Positions 36,310-48,773 of a stretch of 64,000 nucleotides of DNA are shown here, one piece after another. The DNA lies in the IMG/VR virus record IMGVR_UViG_3300035703_000009, positions 62,001 through 126,000 of that record. One strand, 5' to 3'. Position 1 is the first letter of the stretch, and the number at the start of each line of letters is the position of its first letter. The translations under genes and the position numbers were made by a program. Under the pieces are notes generated by a model. It was not told the origin of the DNA. It saw only the letters and a program-made list of their open reading frames with translations, and searched no databases.

Positions 36310-37479
36310 TTATGCTTCAACAAATTCAAATCTCAGACGCTTGTTGATTGGGTCAACTTTGAAAACTTTAACCATTGGGTATCGATTTAAGTTTTCTTGA
36401 AGGTCATTACGCTTTAATTGTACCTCATAGCTTTCGCCATTGATGTCGATTGAGATTGAATTTTTATTTTTGTTAATTGTGTAGGAAAAGCTATTGTTCT
36501 CAGTCTTGTTACGTAATTCCTGCCACTGTAACTTTTCACCGTTTACTTGAGACTTGTCTAAGGTCAACACGATGCGGTATTGATTACCCTTAGTAGTGAC
36601 GTCTTTGACATAAACTGAAATCTTATCGCCGACTCTGTAGTTCTTACGAACATCATCGTAGTTTTCAAACTCTGACTTGTGGATTAGACCGGTGTAGTAA
36701 CCATCGATCTCAACAAAGATACCGAAATCGTATGGGTTATTGGTCAACACTCCAGTGTATGGCTCATCGAATTTAAGTTCGGTGATCATTTTTGGCATGG
36801 AATGAGAGACATATTTCTTGTAAGACAGGATGAATAGATCATTTGCAGAGTCATAGTTGTCAACCATCACAGTAAGTGTCTTACCTAGAAGATCACCGAA
36901 GTTATGAACTACGTTCGCTGCGGCATGAGAACCTGGAACAAAGCACTCGACTTCATTTTGGTAGATTGCAAGGTACCCGCCTTTGATAAGCTTCTTAAGC
37001 TTGATTTCAAATGAAGTCTCATTTGCAAGGTGAACAAACAATTCTTGCTTATAAGAGACAGAGAGTGCTTTCTTTTCAGAACCAATATATTCTCCGTCCT
37101 TGGCTGAGTGATATAGTTTAACGTAGAACTCGTTGTTTTTACCGGCAGCAAGTTCATCAATCGATTTTGAGTATTCTTTTATTGGAACTATGATGCTTAC
37201 TCCTGAATTGACTTCCTCAGTCAATATAGAACGGTCTGCTTTTAAAAGGTGGGTAGCTCTAACCTTGTATACTTCGTTTAAGATAAGGTCTTTGCTTTCC
37301 ATTTTTGAGGTAGTACCACCATTGCGACCGGACATGAGGTCATATAGTTCTTGAGCATACGGCTCATGACAATAAATTTTTAATTTTGATTTTTTGTCCT
37401 CTTTAGTGAGAATGATATTGGGGTTATATTTGCCAATATTTTGAAATGGATCTAATTGTGTAGGTACGAGTGCTAGCAT
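36310..37479 (-). CDS. S1 RNA-binding domain protein (ribosomal protein S1-like)
   Basis: KGGYL..ECFVPGS, FGIFVEIDG..GLIHKSE and YRVGDKISVYV S1 repeats. Confidence 0.8.
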   Translation of the reverse strand: MLALVPTQLDPFQNIGKYNPNIILTKEDKKSKLKIYCHEPYAQELYDLMSGRNGGTTSKMESKDLILNEVYKVRATHLLKADRSILTEEVNSGVSIIVPIKEYSKSIDELAAGKNNEFYVKLYHSAKDGEYIGSEKKALSVSYKQELFVHLANETSFEIKLKKLIKGGYLAIYQNEVECFVPGSHAAANVVHNFGDLLGKTLTVMVDNYDSANDLFILSYKKYVSHSMPKMITELKFDEPYTGVLTNNPYDFGIFVEIDGYYTGLIHKSEFENYDDVRKNYRVGDKISVYVKDVTTKGNQYRIVLTLDKSQVNGEKLQWQELRNKTENNSFSYTINKNKNSISIDINGESYEVQLKRNDLQENLNRYPMVKVFKVDPINKRLRFEFVEA

Positions 37480-37498
37480 GGTATGATTTTATAGTAAT

Positions 37499-37525
37499 TT
37501 ATATCATGCAAGTTGATTAAAGTTT
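37499..37525 (-). promoter_or_regulatory. Bipartite promoter AAACT-N16-ATATAA
   Basis: Upstream of the S1-like gene. Confidence 0.55.
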
Positions 37526-37533
37526 TAGAAAGC

Positions 37534-40500
37534 TTACAAATATTCTCTAAAAAGACCAACTTTATCTGCACCTGCTGCCAGGAATTGGTCGACGAAGAGC
37601 AAAAACAAAGGATTTGCAGGGCTTAATCGTTCCCAGGAAGGTATGTCATCTTGACTCACAACCGGATGGAGATTACGCACAGTCAGATAGCTAGGCTTAG
37701 TTGAATCGACCATCGAAAAAGAAAAGTTAGTAGTATCGAGCTTTGGTGTAGGAGGAAGAGGCACAGTAGCAGTTACATGGTCGGCGATTCCGGCTATCAA
37801 AGCAACTAGCATAGGTAATGGTGAGTTTGCGATTGGCCCCAATACTGTTTCAACGATCTTTAGCTTTTCTTGTATGACGTCAGTGTCCATTATTTGCATG
37901 GTGTTTGACTTTCCGGTGTTTTCCCTAATTTTAGTTATTCCTATAAATGTTGGAAGATATGGTGGAGCGATTGGTGGAAAGAAAGACGGCAATGAATATT
38001 GGATAGATTCAAGTAGGTTTATTTTGGTACCTTTTGCGCTCTTGAGCAAAGAAATTATCTTGTAAAACTGGTCTAATATTTTTTCTGCGATGTCAAAACC
38101 AAGGTCAATAAAGTTCTTAAGCACTGCAAGCAGATCACTTGGATTTATGCTTAAAAAATCAAAGTCTAGTGTGGAAAAAGATGGAAGAACATCACGATCA
38201 GACTGGGCAACTACGTTGCCTGAGCTAAATGGAGATGAAGTAGGAGCCTTGATAATGGACCTAGTTGATAGATTTGTGTTAACATCGTCCGGAGAGTCAT
38301 AATTGACGTTTGGTTTGTAACCTCCGTCTGAGATGGCACTCTTTTGCGAGTCATCAGGTTCACAGGTAACTATCTTTATGTCTGAGTCCAATTTAGTAGG
38401 TTGTGCAGGCTTAGAACTTAGTGCGGCAGCTTCGCCAGCAGTCAATGTACTGTCGGCCGGCGTTATTTGCTTTGGACTTGGAGCAGTATATTTCTTTGGA
38501 TCAGGAAGAGAGTTATCTAAGAAGTCCATTAGCGCATTAAGCAAGACTGGCTTTAGCAAGTTAAGGTCAATCTTGATGCGTGCTGGAAAAGGAGTTCGAG
38601 CAGGATTTGGAATCCTTAGCTCAAAAAGAGAAGCAAGTATGCCGGAAAACGATGCAGCAAAGGTCAGTAAGTTAAAGGCTGGCACTGGAATGGCTAAGTT
38701 AGCTGGGACCGTGTTCTTTATTATCCCAATGTATGAACTAGTTAGTTCTCTAGGTGAGATCGTTTTCTTATCGCCTACCAGCGACTTAAATTGCTTTGGA
38801 GTGAGGCTCTTTACGTAGCCATCGAGTACTAGTCTAACTGACTCAATGATTGGAATTGCAGGAGAAAGCCCACTAAGATCTAGCTGAAATCCGCTCTTGG
38901 CACAACACGGAGAAAAAGGATTAAAGTCTACTTTAAGCTGACCTAGTGCAGCAAGAGCGGCTGGAGTCAAGGCAAGTGCCTCTTTGACCCTAGCATTATC
39001 AAAAATGTCAGAAAATTGTACTTGTAGTGTTTGTAACTCTTTTTCTAGGTCTCTTTTTTTCTTTGGATCCTTTTCGGCATTTACCTTGTCCTTTTGAGAG
39101 TTTACTTTTGCAGCTTGAGCCTTTACTGCGGCTTCTCCACCGCTACCTTTGAGTGAATCGACCAGTGTTGAGTTGACGTCTAGCAAATACTTTTGGATCT
39201 TGTCAAAGTCTTTTTCAACGTCTAGTGATTGGCCAGAGGCTAGGTCTCCATCGATTTTCGTCTTAATCTTGGTCTTGTTCTTTGCTAATTGCACAAGGAG
39301 CATATTGCGAAGCTTTAAGCTGTCTTGTGAGATGAAGTTTGACTTATACATGCTAGAAAACTCAAGCACTTCATTTAAAAAGTCAAGGATGGCGTTCGGC
39401 TGTGGCTCGAGCTTGCTTGAGTCCTTTGGAATAGAGATGGTCGGAAACTTTAGTCGATCATAGTATGTCTTCATGTCAGCCTTGATCGCACTGATCTTTT
39501 CATCCATGTCGGAACCATCTATCTTTACCTGTTCACGAATGGTCTTGGCAGCTGCATCATCACCATTGGCTAGTGCTTGCTGTAAATTAAGTAAGAGCTG
39601 ATCTTGACGTTTAGTGATCTTTGTCTTTAGCTCGTTTGCTTTTGTCAGGTTAGGCTTGCCTAAATCATTGATGCGCTGATGGATCGCTCGCTTTGCGTCT
39701 TCGATCGCATCCTTAGCTGACTCGGTCTTATCTAGGATATTTTGAAGCCTTTCATGAGGTCCTAAATTGGATATTGATAGTTCTAAGTTTCTTTTCTCAC
39801 GAGCTACCTTAAGTAGGCGGTTTTTATTGCCTGAAGACTTTGCAGTTGACTCGACAACATTAAGAATGTTGCGTTGCTTTGCGACTTGAGCCTTTTGAGC
39901 TGAACTCAAGTTAAACTCTTTGCCGTCTATTGCTTCTTTTGCTAGTCTTTGTATCTTTTCACGATTTGCAAGGAATGCGACTGATTTTTGCACTCCAGGT
40001 TTGATAGATTCCTCATCACCTGAAAAACCGAACTTTGGAGAAGGTCCCCTAACTGTAAAGATGTGTTGCTTAAATCCTGTGCTCGACACAAAAAAGATGA
40101 TTGGTGAGATGAAGATGCCATTAATAGTCAAAAATATGACTATTGTGCCCATTGGAGTAGCAATTGAGACTAGCGGCAACCATATCACGGGTAAAGGAAT
40201 TTTAATGAGCCCGCCTGGAGTAGGAATCACAAAGCCAACTGGCCAGTACCTAAGCTGGTTAAAGTTAGGTAGGTTCGGCATGGGAATCAAGCCCATGATG
40301 TTTGCGACCAGCGAAAACTGTACCCAATAACAAAGCTGATTTGAACAAGGTAAAGTTGCATCGGTACCTTCAGTGATGCTTTTTAAATATAGAGGATCTT
40401 TTCCTAACTTGCCCATCACCGAGACACAGTTTGCAGGTTGGGTTTCCTGATCCATTTTGTCAAAACACTCTGGGCTCTGCTTTTTTAAGCGGGCTTTTAC

Positions 40501-42075
40501 CTTTTCTGGACTGGGCTTTAAGTCATCCATCACTCCCTTGATCCTTGCGATCTCCGAGCTAAGGTCAGAAAGAGCAGTGGCTACCGCTAAGTTTTGATTT
40601 TTGATTCCATTAACGATGTTGCGTAGTGTTGATGAAGAGTCAGTTGTGAACTTATTGACTCGACCAATGGCTAAAAGTAATTGGACTTCACGTCTAGCAA
40701 TGTTTCTAAACACTGCACGAATGCCGTCCTTTGCTGGATCGATTACTTGCATTCTTTTTTCCCTTTTCTTGTTGTCAAAAGTTACTTCAAAGTTTTGATA
40801 AAACTGTTGTAGCTTATCAAGATCCTTGACAAAGTATTCAGAACCATTTTCTCTCTTTTTCTCAGATTCAGTACCCTTGACTTTAGGATCGATTGCGGCA
40901 GCTTCAGTAGTTAATCCGCGATCGTCTAAAGTGAATAAGTTGTTGATTGGATCTGCAAGTAGATTGTAATAGTTGGTGTAGATCTTACCTAACACTGGAA
41001 CGTCTGTTGCTTGTGATAACTCATCTACTGAAAAAATGGATGAACTCGCAAAGAAGGACTGTTTTTCTAATAGAGAGTTACCTTTGACTGGAAAATCTAC
41101 TTTTTGATTTACATAAGTCTTGGTTTGCTGGTCTTGTACTTGGGTCTCAAGCTTGAAAGAAAAGAGCTGTGGAAAGTTGATCTTAAACTTAAAAAATGAT
41201 TGGTTTGCTGCCTGATTCACGGAAGTAGGAGCAGAACCTACTTCAAATACTTGGATGCACTGTGAATATGCAGAGATTTGAGACTGTATTTGAGTAAGCT
41301 GTGAACGGTCAATGTAGTTAGAATATAGGTTGGATAGCGCAGTAGAGATGTCTGAATTAGCCGCACCGCTATTTAAACCTCCAACTAAGGCATTATAATA
41401 CTTATTGTTAAAGACTGGAATCGATGCTTCCTTGCCTTTAAGAAGGTTTTGTTGTACTAGGACTTGTGACTCAAGGTTAGCGATGTTTAAGTTGATCATC
41501 TCAAGACTAACTGAGAGATTAGCGATATTTGCACCTTTAGTTATCTTATTAAGTAGAGTAGAGCGTTCGGTATTTGCTTGATCGAGCTTGATCTTTAGCT
41601 CTTTTTCCTTTTCTAAGACTGAACTAAATTCCTTTAGTATTCTGGCTAATTCGTTTGCCCTTTCCTCAAAATAAGAGGCAACTGGCTCAAAGTTATCTTG
41701 ATATTCGATTAGTTTATCATGTAAGGCTGAGTATTTGACATAGAGCTCGCGTTCTTTTTCAAGGGAAGCAGAAATGGTCTCGACCGAGTCTATACATTTT
41801 TTGACCGGATTAGCAGTTGGCGTGTTTTCAAGGTCTTGGATTAGTTTTTCAATGTCCGCCGTGCTTAGCTCCGGTAATAACTGTGGAGCTGGTTCTTCAC
41901 AGGGAAGCTCAGTGATCTGTCCAAAGGGAGCGCCTACTTCATCAGTAGGATCGCACAAGGATAGGTCATACAGCTCTTTGAGCTGTTGTTCAGTAAACTT
42001 GCTCTTGACTTCACTAGGAGGGATCCCGAGAACGTTTGCAATTTCATTGATGATTAAGTCGATAACTGAGTCCAT
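37534..42075 (-). CDS. Large (1513 aa) coiled-coil protein with hydrophobic segments, probable virion protein
   Basis: Late promoter ATAAATAA at 42081-42088; helical regions plus a hydrophobic, Pro-rich block. Confidence 0.7.
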   Translation of the reverse strand: MDSVIDLIINEIANVLGIPPSEVKSKFTEQQLKELYDLSLCDPTDEVGAPFGQITELPCEEPAPQLLPELSTADIEKLIQDLENTPTANPVKKCIDSVETISASLEKERELYVKYSALHDKLIEYQDNFEPVASYFEERANELARILKEFSSVLEKEKELKIKLDQANTERSTLLNKITKGANIANLSVSLEMINLNIANLESQVLVQQNLLKGKEASIPVFNNKYYNALVGGLNSGAANSDISTALSNLYSNYIDRSQLTQIQSQISAYSQCIQVFEVGSAPTSVNQAANQSFFKFKINFPQLFSFKLETQVQDQQTKTYVNQKVDFPVKGNSLLEKQSFFASSSIFSVDELSQATDVPVLGKIYTNYYNLLADPINNLFTLDDRGLTTEAAAIDPKVKGTESEKKRENGSEYFVKDLDKLQQFYQNFEVTFDNKKREKRMQVIDPAKDGIRAVFRNIARREVQLLLAIGRVNKFTTDSSSTLRNIVNGIKNQNLAVATALSDLSSEIARIKGVMDDLKPSPEKVKARLKKQSPECFDKMDQETQPANCVSVMGKLGKDPLYLKSITEGTDATLPCSNQLCYWVQFSLVANIMGLIPMPNLPNFNQLRYWPVGFVIPTPGGLIKIPLPVIWLPLVSIATPMGTIVIFLTINGIFISPIIFFVSSTGFKQHIFTVRGPSPKFGFSGDEESIKPGVQKSVAFLANREKIQRLAKEAIDGKEFNLSSAQKAQVAKQRNILNVVESTAKSSGNKNRLLKVAREKRNLELSISNLGPHERLQNILDKTESAKDAIEDAKRAIHQRINDLGKPNLTKANELKTKITKRQDQLLLNLQQALANGDDAAAKTIREQVKIDGSDMDEKISAIKADMKTYYDRLKFPTISIPKDSSKLEPQPNAILDFLNEVLEFSSMYKSNFISQDSLKLRNMLLVQLAKNKTKIKTKIDGDLASGQSLDVEKDFDKIQKYLLDVNSTLVDSLKGSGGEAAVKAQAAKVNSQKDKVNAEKDPKKKRDLEKELQTLQVQFSDIFDNARVKEALALTPAALAALGQLKVDFNPFSPCCAKSGFQLDLSGLSPAIPIIESVRLVLDGYVKSLTPKQFKSLVGDKKTISPRELTSSYIGIIKNTVPANLAIPVPAFNLLTFAASFSGILASLFELRIPNPARTPFPARIKIDLNLLKPVLLNALMDFLDNSLPDPKKYTAPSPKQITPADSTLTAGEAAALSSKPAQPTKLDSDIKIVTCEPDDSQKSAISDGGYKPNVNYDSPDDVNTNLSTRSIIKAPTSSPFSSGNVVAQSDRDVLPSFSTLDFDFLSINPSDLLAVLKNFIDLGFDIAEKILDQFYKIISLLKSAKGTKINLLESIQYSLPSFFPPIAPPYLPTFIGITKIRENTGKSNTMQIMDTDVIQEKLKIVETVLGPIANSPLPMLVALIAGIADHVTATVPLPPTPKLDTTNFSFSMVDSTKPSYLTVRNLHPVVSQDDIPSWERLSPANPLFLLFVDQFLAAGADKVGLFREYL

Positions 42076-42097
42076 CAGATTTATTTATTAGAAACTA

Positions 42098-42124
42098 AAA
42101 AGGGCAGCTAAGCGCTGCCCTTTT
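42098..42124. terminator. Intrinsic terminator after groEL
   Basis: AAAAGGGCAGC-TAAGC-GCTGCCCTTTT. Confidence 0.88.
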
Positions 42125-42154
42125 CCATTAAAGCTTTACACGAATGGCCGAAAT

Positions 42155-44553
<2,399 letters not shown>

Positions 44554-44569
44554 AAAAGGCTTAGCTATT

Positions 44570-45313
44570 TTATGCTTGGAAGTCTTGTACTACAGGTAGG
44601 CTGGAGAGTTTCAGTAAAATTTGGGCACAAACAAAAACATCCTTTTGACAGTAGGTAGCGATGCGAGGAACGTCTCCTTCTTGCCAAAATACTCTGCCTA
44701 CTTCTTCGCCTCGGATATCGTCTTTAGGTGTAGGCAAGCCTAGGGCAGTTGCTAACAACTCAAGAGATGCGAAACCTTCTTGCCATGCACCAAAGCTCCA
44801 AAGCTCAGAAGTATCAATTAGTGGCATTTCCCAAGGTTTAAGGTTGGTAAGCTGAAGACCTTTAGGCAAAGGGCGACCTGACATGATAATTCTTTTACAC
44901 ATCATTGGTACATCAAATCGCTTGATGTTGTGACCAACAAACTTATAGGTTGCAAACTTTTCAAAGACTGTTGAAATACCTTCAAGCACCTCTTGCTCGT
45001 CCTTTGATGCATAACTTTTGATGGTCATTTTAGGAAAATTACCTATCACTGGATCGTTTTCAAAAGAGATTCGACCAAAGGATGCACAGACGATACGACT
45101 AAACTCGGGAGTAAGTCCGGCTTTTGCTACATATAGTGAGTCATCTGACATTTCTCTGTTTTCTTCAAATCGGGTGCGAAGGTAGTCGCAGCGCTTACGC
45201 CAAAGCTCAGCCATTTTTGGGCTAGCGTCTTCAAGGTCGCTTAGAGTCGCGTAGGTTGATGCTGTTTCCAGGTCAAAAAAGACCATTTTTGCAAGTTCTG
45301 ATTGAGAGTACAT
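44570..45313 (-). CDS. DEDD 3'-5' exonuclease (PolB-exonuclease-like, Bacteroidota-type)
   Basis: FFDLET, GHNIKRFDVP, YCQKDV. Confidence 0.88.
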   Translation of the reverse strand: MYSQSELAKMVFFDLETASTYATLSDLEDASPKMAELWRKRCDYLRTRFEENREMSDDSLYVAKAGLTPEFSRIVCASFGRISFENDPVIGNFPKMTIKSYASKDEQEVLEGISTVFEKFATYKFVGHNIKRFDVPMMCKRIIMSGRPLPKGLQLTNLKPWEMPLIDTSELWSFGAWQEGFASLELLATALGLPTPKDDIRGEEVGRVFWQEGDVPRIATYCQKDVFVCAQILLKLSSLPVVQDFQA

Positions 45314-45859
45314 TTATGATGGGTTATTTTTCAATTGGTTTTCAATGTGGTTAGCGATGATGATGACTGCTTCGTCCTGGATCCACCAGTGTTCTTTGCC
45401 ATTTACCGTCAACGAAAAGTCACCGTCGGATGGGTCAAGAACTACATTGGTGATCGATTGGATGGGATTGTGTCGAGCTCTATCGTTTTCCTCCATCTCA
45501 AGATGGATTTTACGTAAGGATTCAGGTAATTTACGAGCAGACTTATTATTCTCTTCCTGACGTTTTTTACGGCGTTCAGTGCGCGCTATGTGCTTTGTGT
45601 GATTATAGTAGTCAGTCGACTCACCAGTTGGACCATGTATAATGATGACTTCAAGGTCGCTCCAGTCGGTGACTTTTTCCCAGTTTTTAAGGATGAATAT
45701 CTTGGCACACTCTGCCACATGACTCATTGCTGCTATATGCTTACGGTACTCATTAAAAAAGTCTTTCTCTGTCCAAAAGATGGAATTGCGATAGCCATTT
45801 TCAAAGTCCTCTTCATTCATGAAGCAAGGAGTAAATATTTTTCCAGGTATCTGTTGCAT
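45314..45859 (-). CDS. Hypothetical protein
   Basis: 181 aa, preceded by promoter motif TAACC-N15-GTATTA (45869-45894). Confidence 0.75.
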   Translation of the reverse strand: MQQIPGKIFTPCFMNEEDFENGYRNSIFWTEKDFFNEYRKHIAAMSHVAECAKIFILKNWEKVTDWSDLEVIIIHGPTGESTDYYNHTKHIARTERRKKRQEENNKSARKLPESLRKIHLEMEENDRARHNPIQSITNVVLDPSDGDFSLTVNGKEHWWIQDEAVIIIANHIENQLKNNPS

Positions 45860-45891
45860 ACTCTGATATAATACTAAACTTAGGTAATTGG

Positions 45892-46185
45892 TTAAATTAT
45901 CTCACCCTTTGCGATCTCTTCAGCACGATTGAGAATGGTTAAGTGTTTCTCGATCTGCGCTCTCCACCAATCCCTGCTTAAGTTAGCATCTTGTGTGTCT
46001 GCAAAAATGGTGAATATCTTTTTAGGTATCACTTCCTCGTAAGTAGGACCATAGAATACCCATTTTTTCTTTATGATCACGACAGTACCTAGGTAAAATT
46101 CTGTACGTGTAGATTCGCCGTATTCACAGGCATCATAGAATGTTTGATACTGTAGATTTATTCCGTTTATGTTGATTTCTTTCAT
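45892..46185 (-). CDS. Hypothetical protein
   Basis: 97 aa ORF. Confidence 0.7.
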   Translation of the reverse strand: MKEININGINLQYQTFYDACEYGESTRTEFYLGTVVIIKKKWVFYGPTYEEVIPKKIFTIFADTQDANLSRDWWRAQIEKHLTILNRAEEIAKGEII

Positions 46186-46186
46186 A

Positions 46187-46672
46187 TTAGTCAGGGATTA
46201 CTATTTCGTTTGTAGCACGATATTCCAACTCTTGTGCATATAATTTATTTGCAAAACAATCAGTCGTACCGCGTTCGGCATTATATCGAATACACGCTTT
46301 AATCCACTCATTGCTCATTTGATGCATCGGTACCCAAGTTAAAGGTTGACGGCCGTCCTTGCCTCTACCGCCACGGTGAAAGTTCTCACGGATAACTTCA
46401 AACGGTGCATCAGAATAGACGCTGAGCTCAGTATAGAGTAAAGGGTCATTCCACTTTTTACCTATTAGTTTGAGCAAAAAGATCCATATCTTTAAAAGAA
46501 AGTTCTTTTTTGTTTCATTAACGTTTCGACGTAAGTATTCTGAACCACCGTCTACCATGTATTGATGGCCATTGTTATCGGTGTATGTAACATAGTCATG
46601 ACGATGCATTGACTTTAAGATAGTACCATCTGGTGTACGAATCTGATTTAGGATTATTTGTTTTTCTTCCAT
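46187..46672 (-). CDS. Conserved phage hypothetical protein
   Basis: TPDGTILKSMHRHDY and VDGGSEYLRR motifs typical of a widespread phage family. Confidence 0.75.
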   Translation of the reverse strand: MEEKQIILNQIRTPDGTILKSMHRHDYVTYTDNNGHQYMVDGGSEYLRRNVNETKKNFLLKIWIFLLKLIGKKWNDPLLYTELSVYSDAPFEVIRENFHRGGRGKDGRQPLTWVPMHQMSNEWIKACIRYNAERGTTDCFANKLYAQELEYRATNEIVIPD

Positions 46673-46736
46673 CTTTTTTAGATTTTATTTGTTATTAAAG
46701 TATTGATAGTTTATTTCTAAGTTTAGTAGTCCCATG

Positions 46737-48275
46737 TTATTTGCTGGCTAATTCAGCCACTCTTTTTCTGATTTGAGTTAATGTTGTTTGATTGTAAAGC
46801 TTACCGTCTTCAAAGATAGTTTGCAAAAGACCAGTTGCTTCTTGCTCTGGTGTGCATTCAGTATGGACAACATACTCACCGTCCTCTTCAGACACTGCAA
46901 CGAATCCTTTAAGTGATTTCTTGGTGCCGTCATCCGTTATTGGGTCCTTGTAGATGTTGTAACCTACTCCATTGATCTCAAACCATGCGCCTTTGGCTGC
47001 AAAGCCTAAAGCATCGCGAGTGTTACATTGGTAGGTAAAGGAACCAACGCCTAAGACGATGTTAGTGGTTGCAAAACCATTCTCAGCAAGCTTCTCGTAA
47101 ATCTGAATCTGCCGTTCTAGTGTGATTGAGTCACCGTATATCGCTCCAATGTGAGAGTCAAGCAACTTGTAACCGGCCTCAGTGGTAGTGCCGCCGAATA
47201 TTTCCCATAGGAGTTGGATTACTCCTTTCTTTTCGTCCGTTGAAATCCACTTGCCAGTCTCATTAACTCGATAGCCAAGGACTGATCTATCTACTCCATG
47301 TTCAACAGTAACTTCATAGTCATGGTAGCCACAAACGATTCGAACCGGATCTCCTGAGTCAGGGCGTATCACCAGCTTACCGTTGCGTGCCATGATCTTG
47401 GCCTTGTTTTCAGGCAAGTATTTAGTGATCAGAGTCCAAAGGTCAAATGTGTCGGATACGATGGATAAGATTCCTTCTGGGAATTGATCAAGGTAATAAT
47501 CGATCATCTTGCTCTCACCCATGGTAAAGATGCACGTGGTAGAAACTGAGTGTTCTGACGCATTCACTGAGCTGATGCAGACTTCATTAGTCGGCTCATC
47601 GTAGAAGTAGCGAGCAGCCGGAATGACTACTAGTGTGTCTGAGCCGCGAAAGGATGTGGCATGACCCAGGCCAGATGTCATCATGTCCCAAGGAGACAGA
47701 CCACGTGCGCTAAAGTCGTGAGCTAAGTAGTCAATCAACCACTTGTTTGCAGGATCTGTCTTTGCTACCCATTGTGCTAGATTGCGACGATACTGCAGAG
47801 CGATCGTTGCTGATGTAGTTGGTTTCCAAGCAATGGAACTGATGATCGTCTCTAGATAAAGAGTTAACCACGCAAAACCATCAACGGTATTGATGAAGGT
47901 CATGTGAGGTATGTTTGGATTGGTCTCTATTCCCTCAGGAAGAGACTTGATTCGTATCGGTAAGTAACCCAGGTCGTGTAGTGCTTCAAAGTGAGAGCCA
48001 TCATATTTTAGACCTAGGTACATGCACATGTCTTTTGTAAAGATTAATGCAGCATCTTTAGGTAGCTCAAAAAAGTTTTCTTGAAACTCGTCACGAAGCC
48101 AGCGAACTACCAGTTGCTGGCCGAACGACAGGATCTTTTTGACGCCAGTTGGCGCGTACTTTAGGCTACGTGGGATCCATGTGCCATATAGTTTTTGGGT
48201 GCCTGGCGCAAGCATTCTTTTATGGCCTATCTTATAGCCATCTGTGTAGTACAGGGCAGTTGGTTTAAAACTCAT
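46737..48275 (-). CDS. NAMPT-family enzyme (Namat-like, NARP1)
   Basis: TDGYKIGH, HDFSARG, ASEHSV, SIVSDTFD, VIRPDSGDP, IYGDSIT, KKSLKG. Confidence 0.92.
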   Translation of the reverse strand: MSFKPTALYYTDGYKIGHKRMLAPGTQKLYGTWIPRSLKYAPTGVKKILSFGQQLVVRWLRDEFQENFFELPKDAALIFTKDMCMYLGLKYDGSHFEALHDLGYLPIRIKSLPEGIETNPNIPHMTFINTVDGFAWLTLYLETIISSIAWKPTTSATIALQYRRNLAQWVAKTDPANKWLIDYLAHDFSARGLSPWDMMTSGLGHATSFRGSDTLVVIPAARYFYDEPTNEVCISSVNASEHSVSTTCIFTMGESKMIDYYLDQFPEGILSIVSDTFDLWTLITKYLPENKAKIMARNGKLVIRPDSGDPVRIVCGYHDYEVTVEHGVDRSVLGYRVNETGKWISTDEKKGVIQLLWEIFGGTTTEAGYKLLDSHIGAIYGDSITLERQIQIYEKLAENGFATTNIVLGVGSFTYQCNTRDALGFAAKGAWFEINGVGYNIYKDPITDDGTKKSLKGFVAVSEEDGEYVVHTECTPEQEATGLLQTIFEDGKLYNQTTLTQIRKRVAELASK

Positions 48276-48284
48276 ATTGTAGAT

Positions 48285-48773
48285 TTATTTTTTAAGTATG
48301 ACTATGGTTACTATACAATCTTTTAGCTCGCGTTTAATGATTTGCTTGATTTTTTCCCAGTCTCCACCGGCAAGACCCGCACCAATCATCGGTAAACCGA
48401 TATGCATGCCCTTAAAGTTATGGTTGATCTTTCGCATGCACAGGGTGATTGCATCATAATCGACTGGCACGGCATCACCATCTGCGTGGTTACGTCCATA
48501 TTTGTATTGAGTGTATGCATTAAGCACGAAAACTCCGCGTTTCATGTCCGCCCTAGAGACCAGTACCCCATCAATCTGACCAAGCTTATTGATGTCGCCT
48601 CGATATTGAGTGTTTTCTAACTTAAATAGGTCACAACCAAATGCCGATGCCATGTGAGGAGCTAAGCCGGCTCCCATGGTGCACATGCAGTTACAACCGT
48701 GTGCGATCACGTCAAACTCTCCATCTTTTGCAAGGGTGATTAAGTTGCCAAACACTTCAGTATAGTTATTCAT
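48285..48773 (-). CDS. Macrodomain (ADP-ribose binding/hydrolase)
   Basis: GNL, IAHGCNCMCTMGAGLA, NAYTQ, PMIGAGLAGGDW; start moved to ATG 48773. Confidence 0.88.
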   Translation of the reverse strand: MNNYTEVFGNLITLAKDGEFDVIAHGCNCMCTMGAGLAPHMASAFGCDLFKLENTQYRGDINKLGQIDGVLVSRADMKRGVFVLNAYTQYKYGRNHADGDAVPVDYDAITLCMRKINHNFKGMHIGLPMIGAGLAGGDWEKIKQIIKRELKDCIVTIVILKK

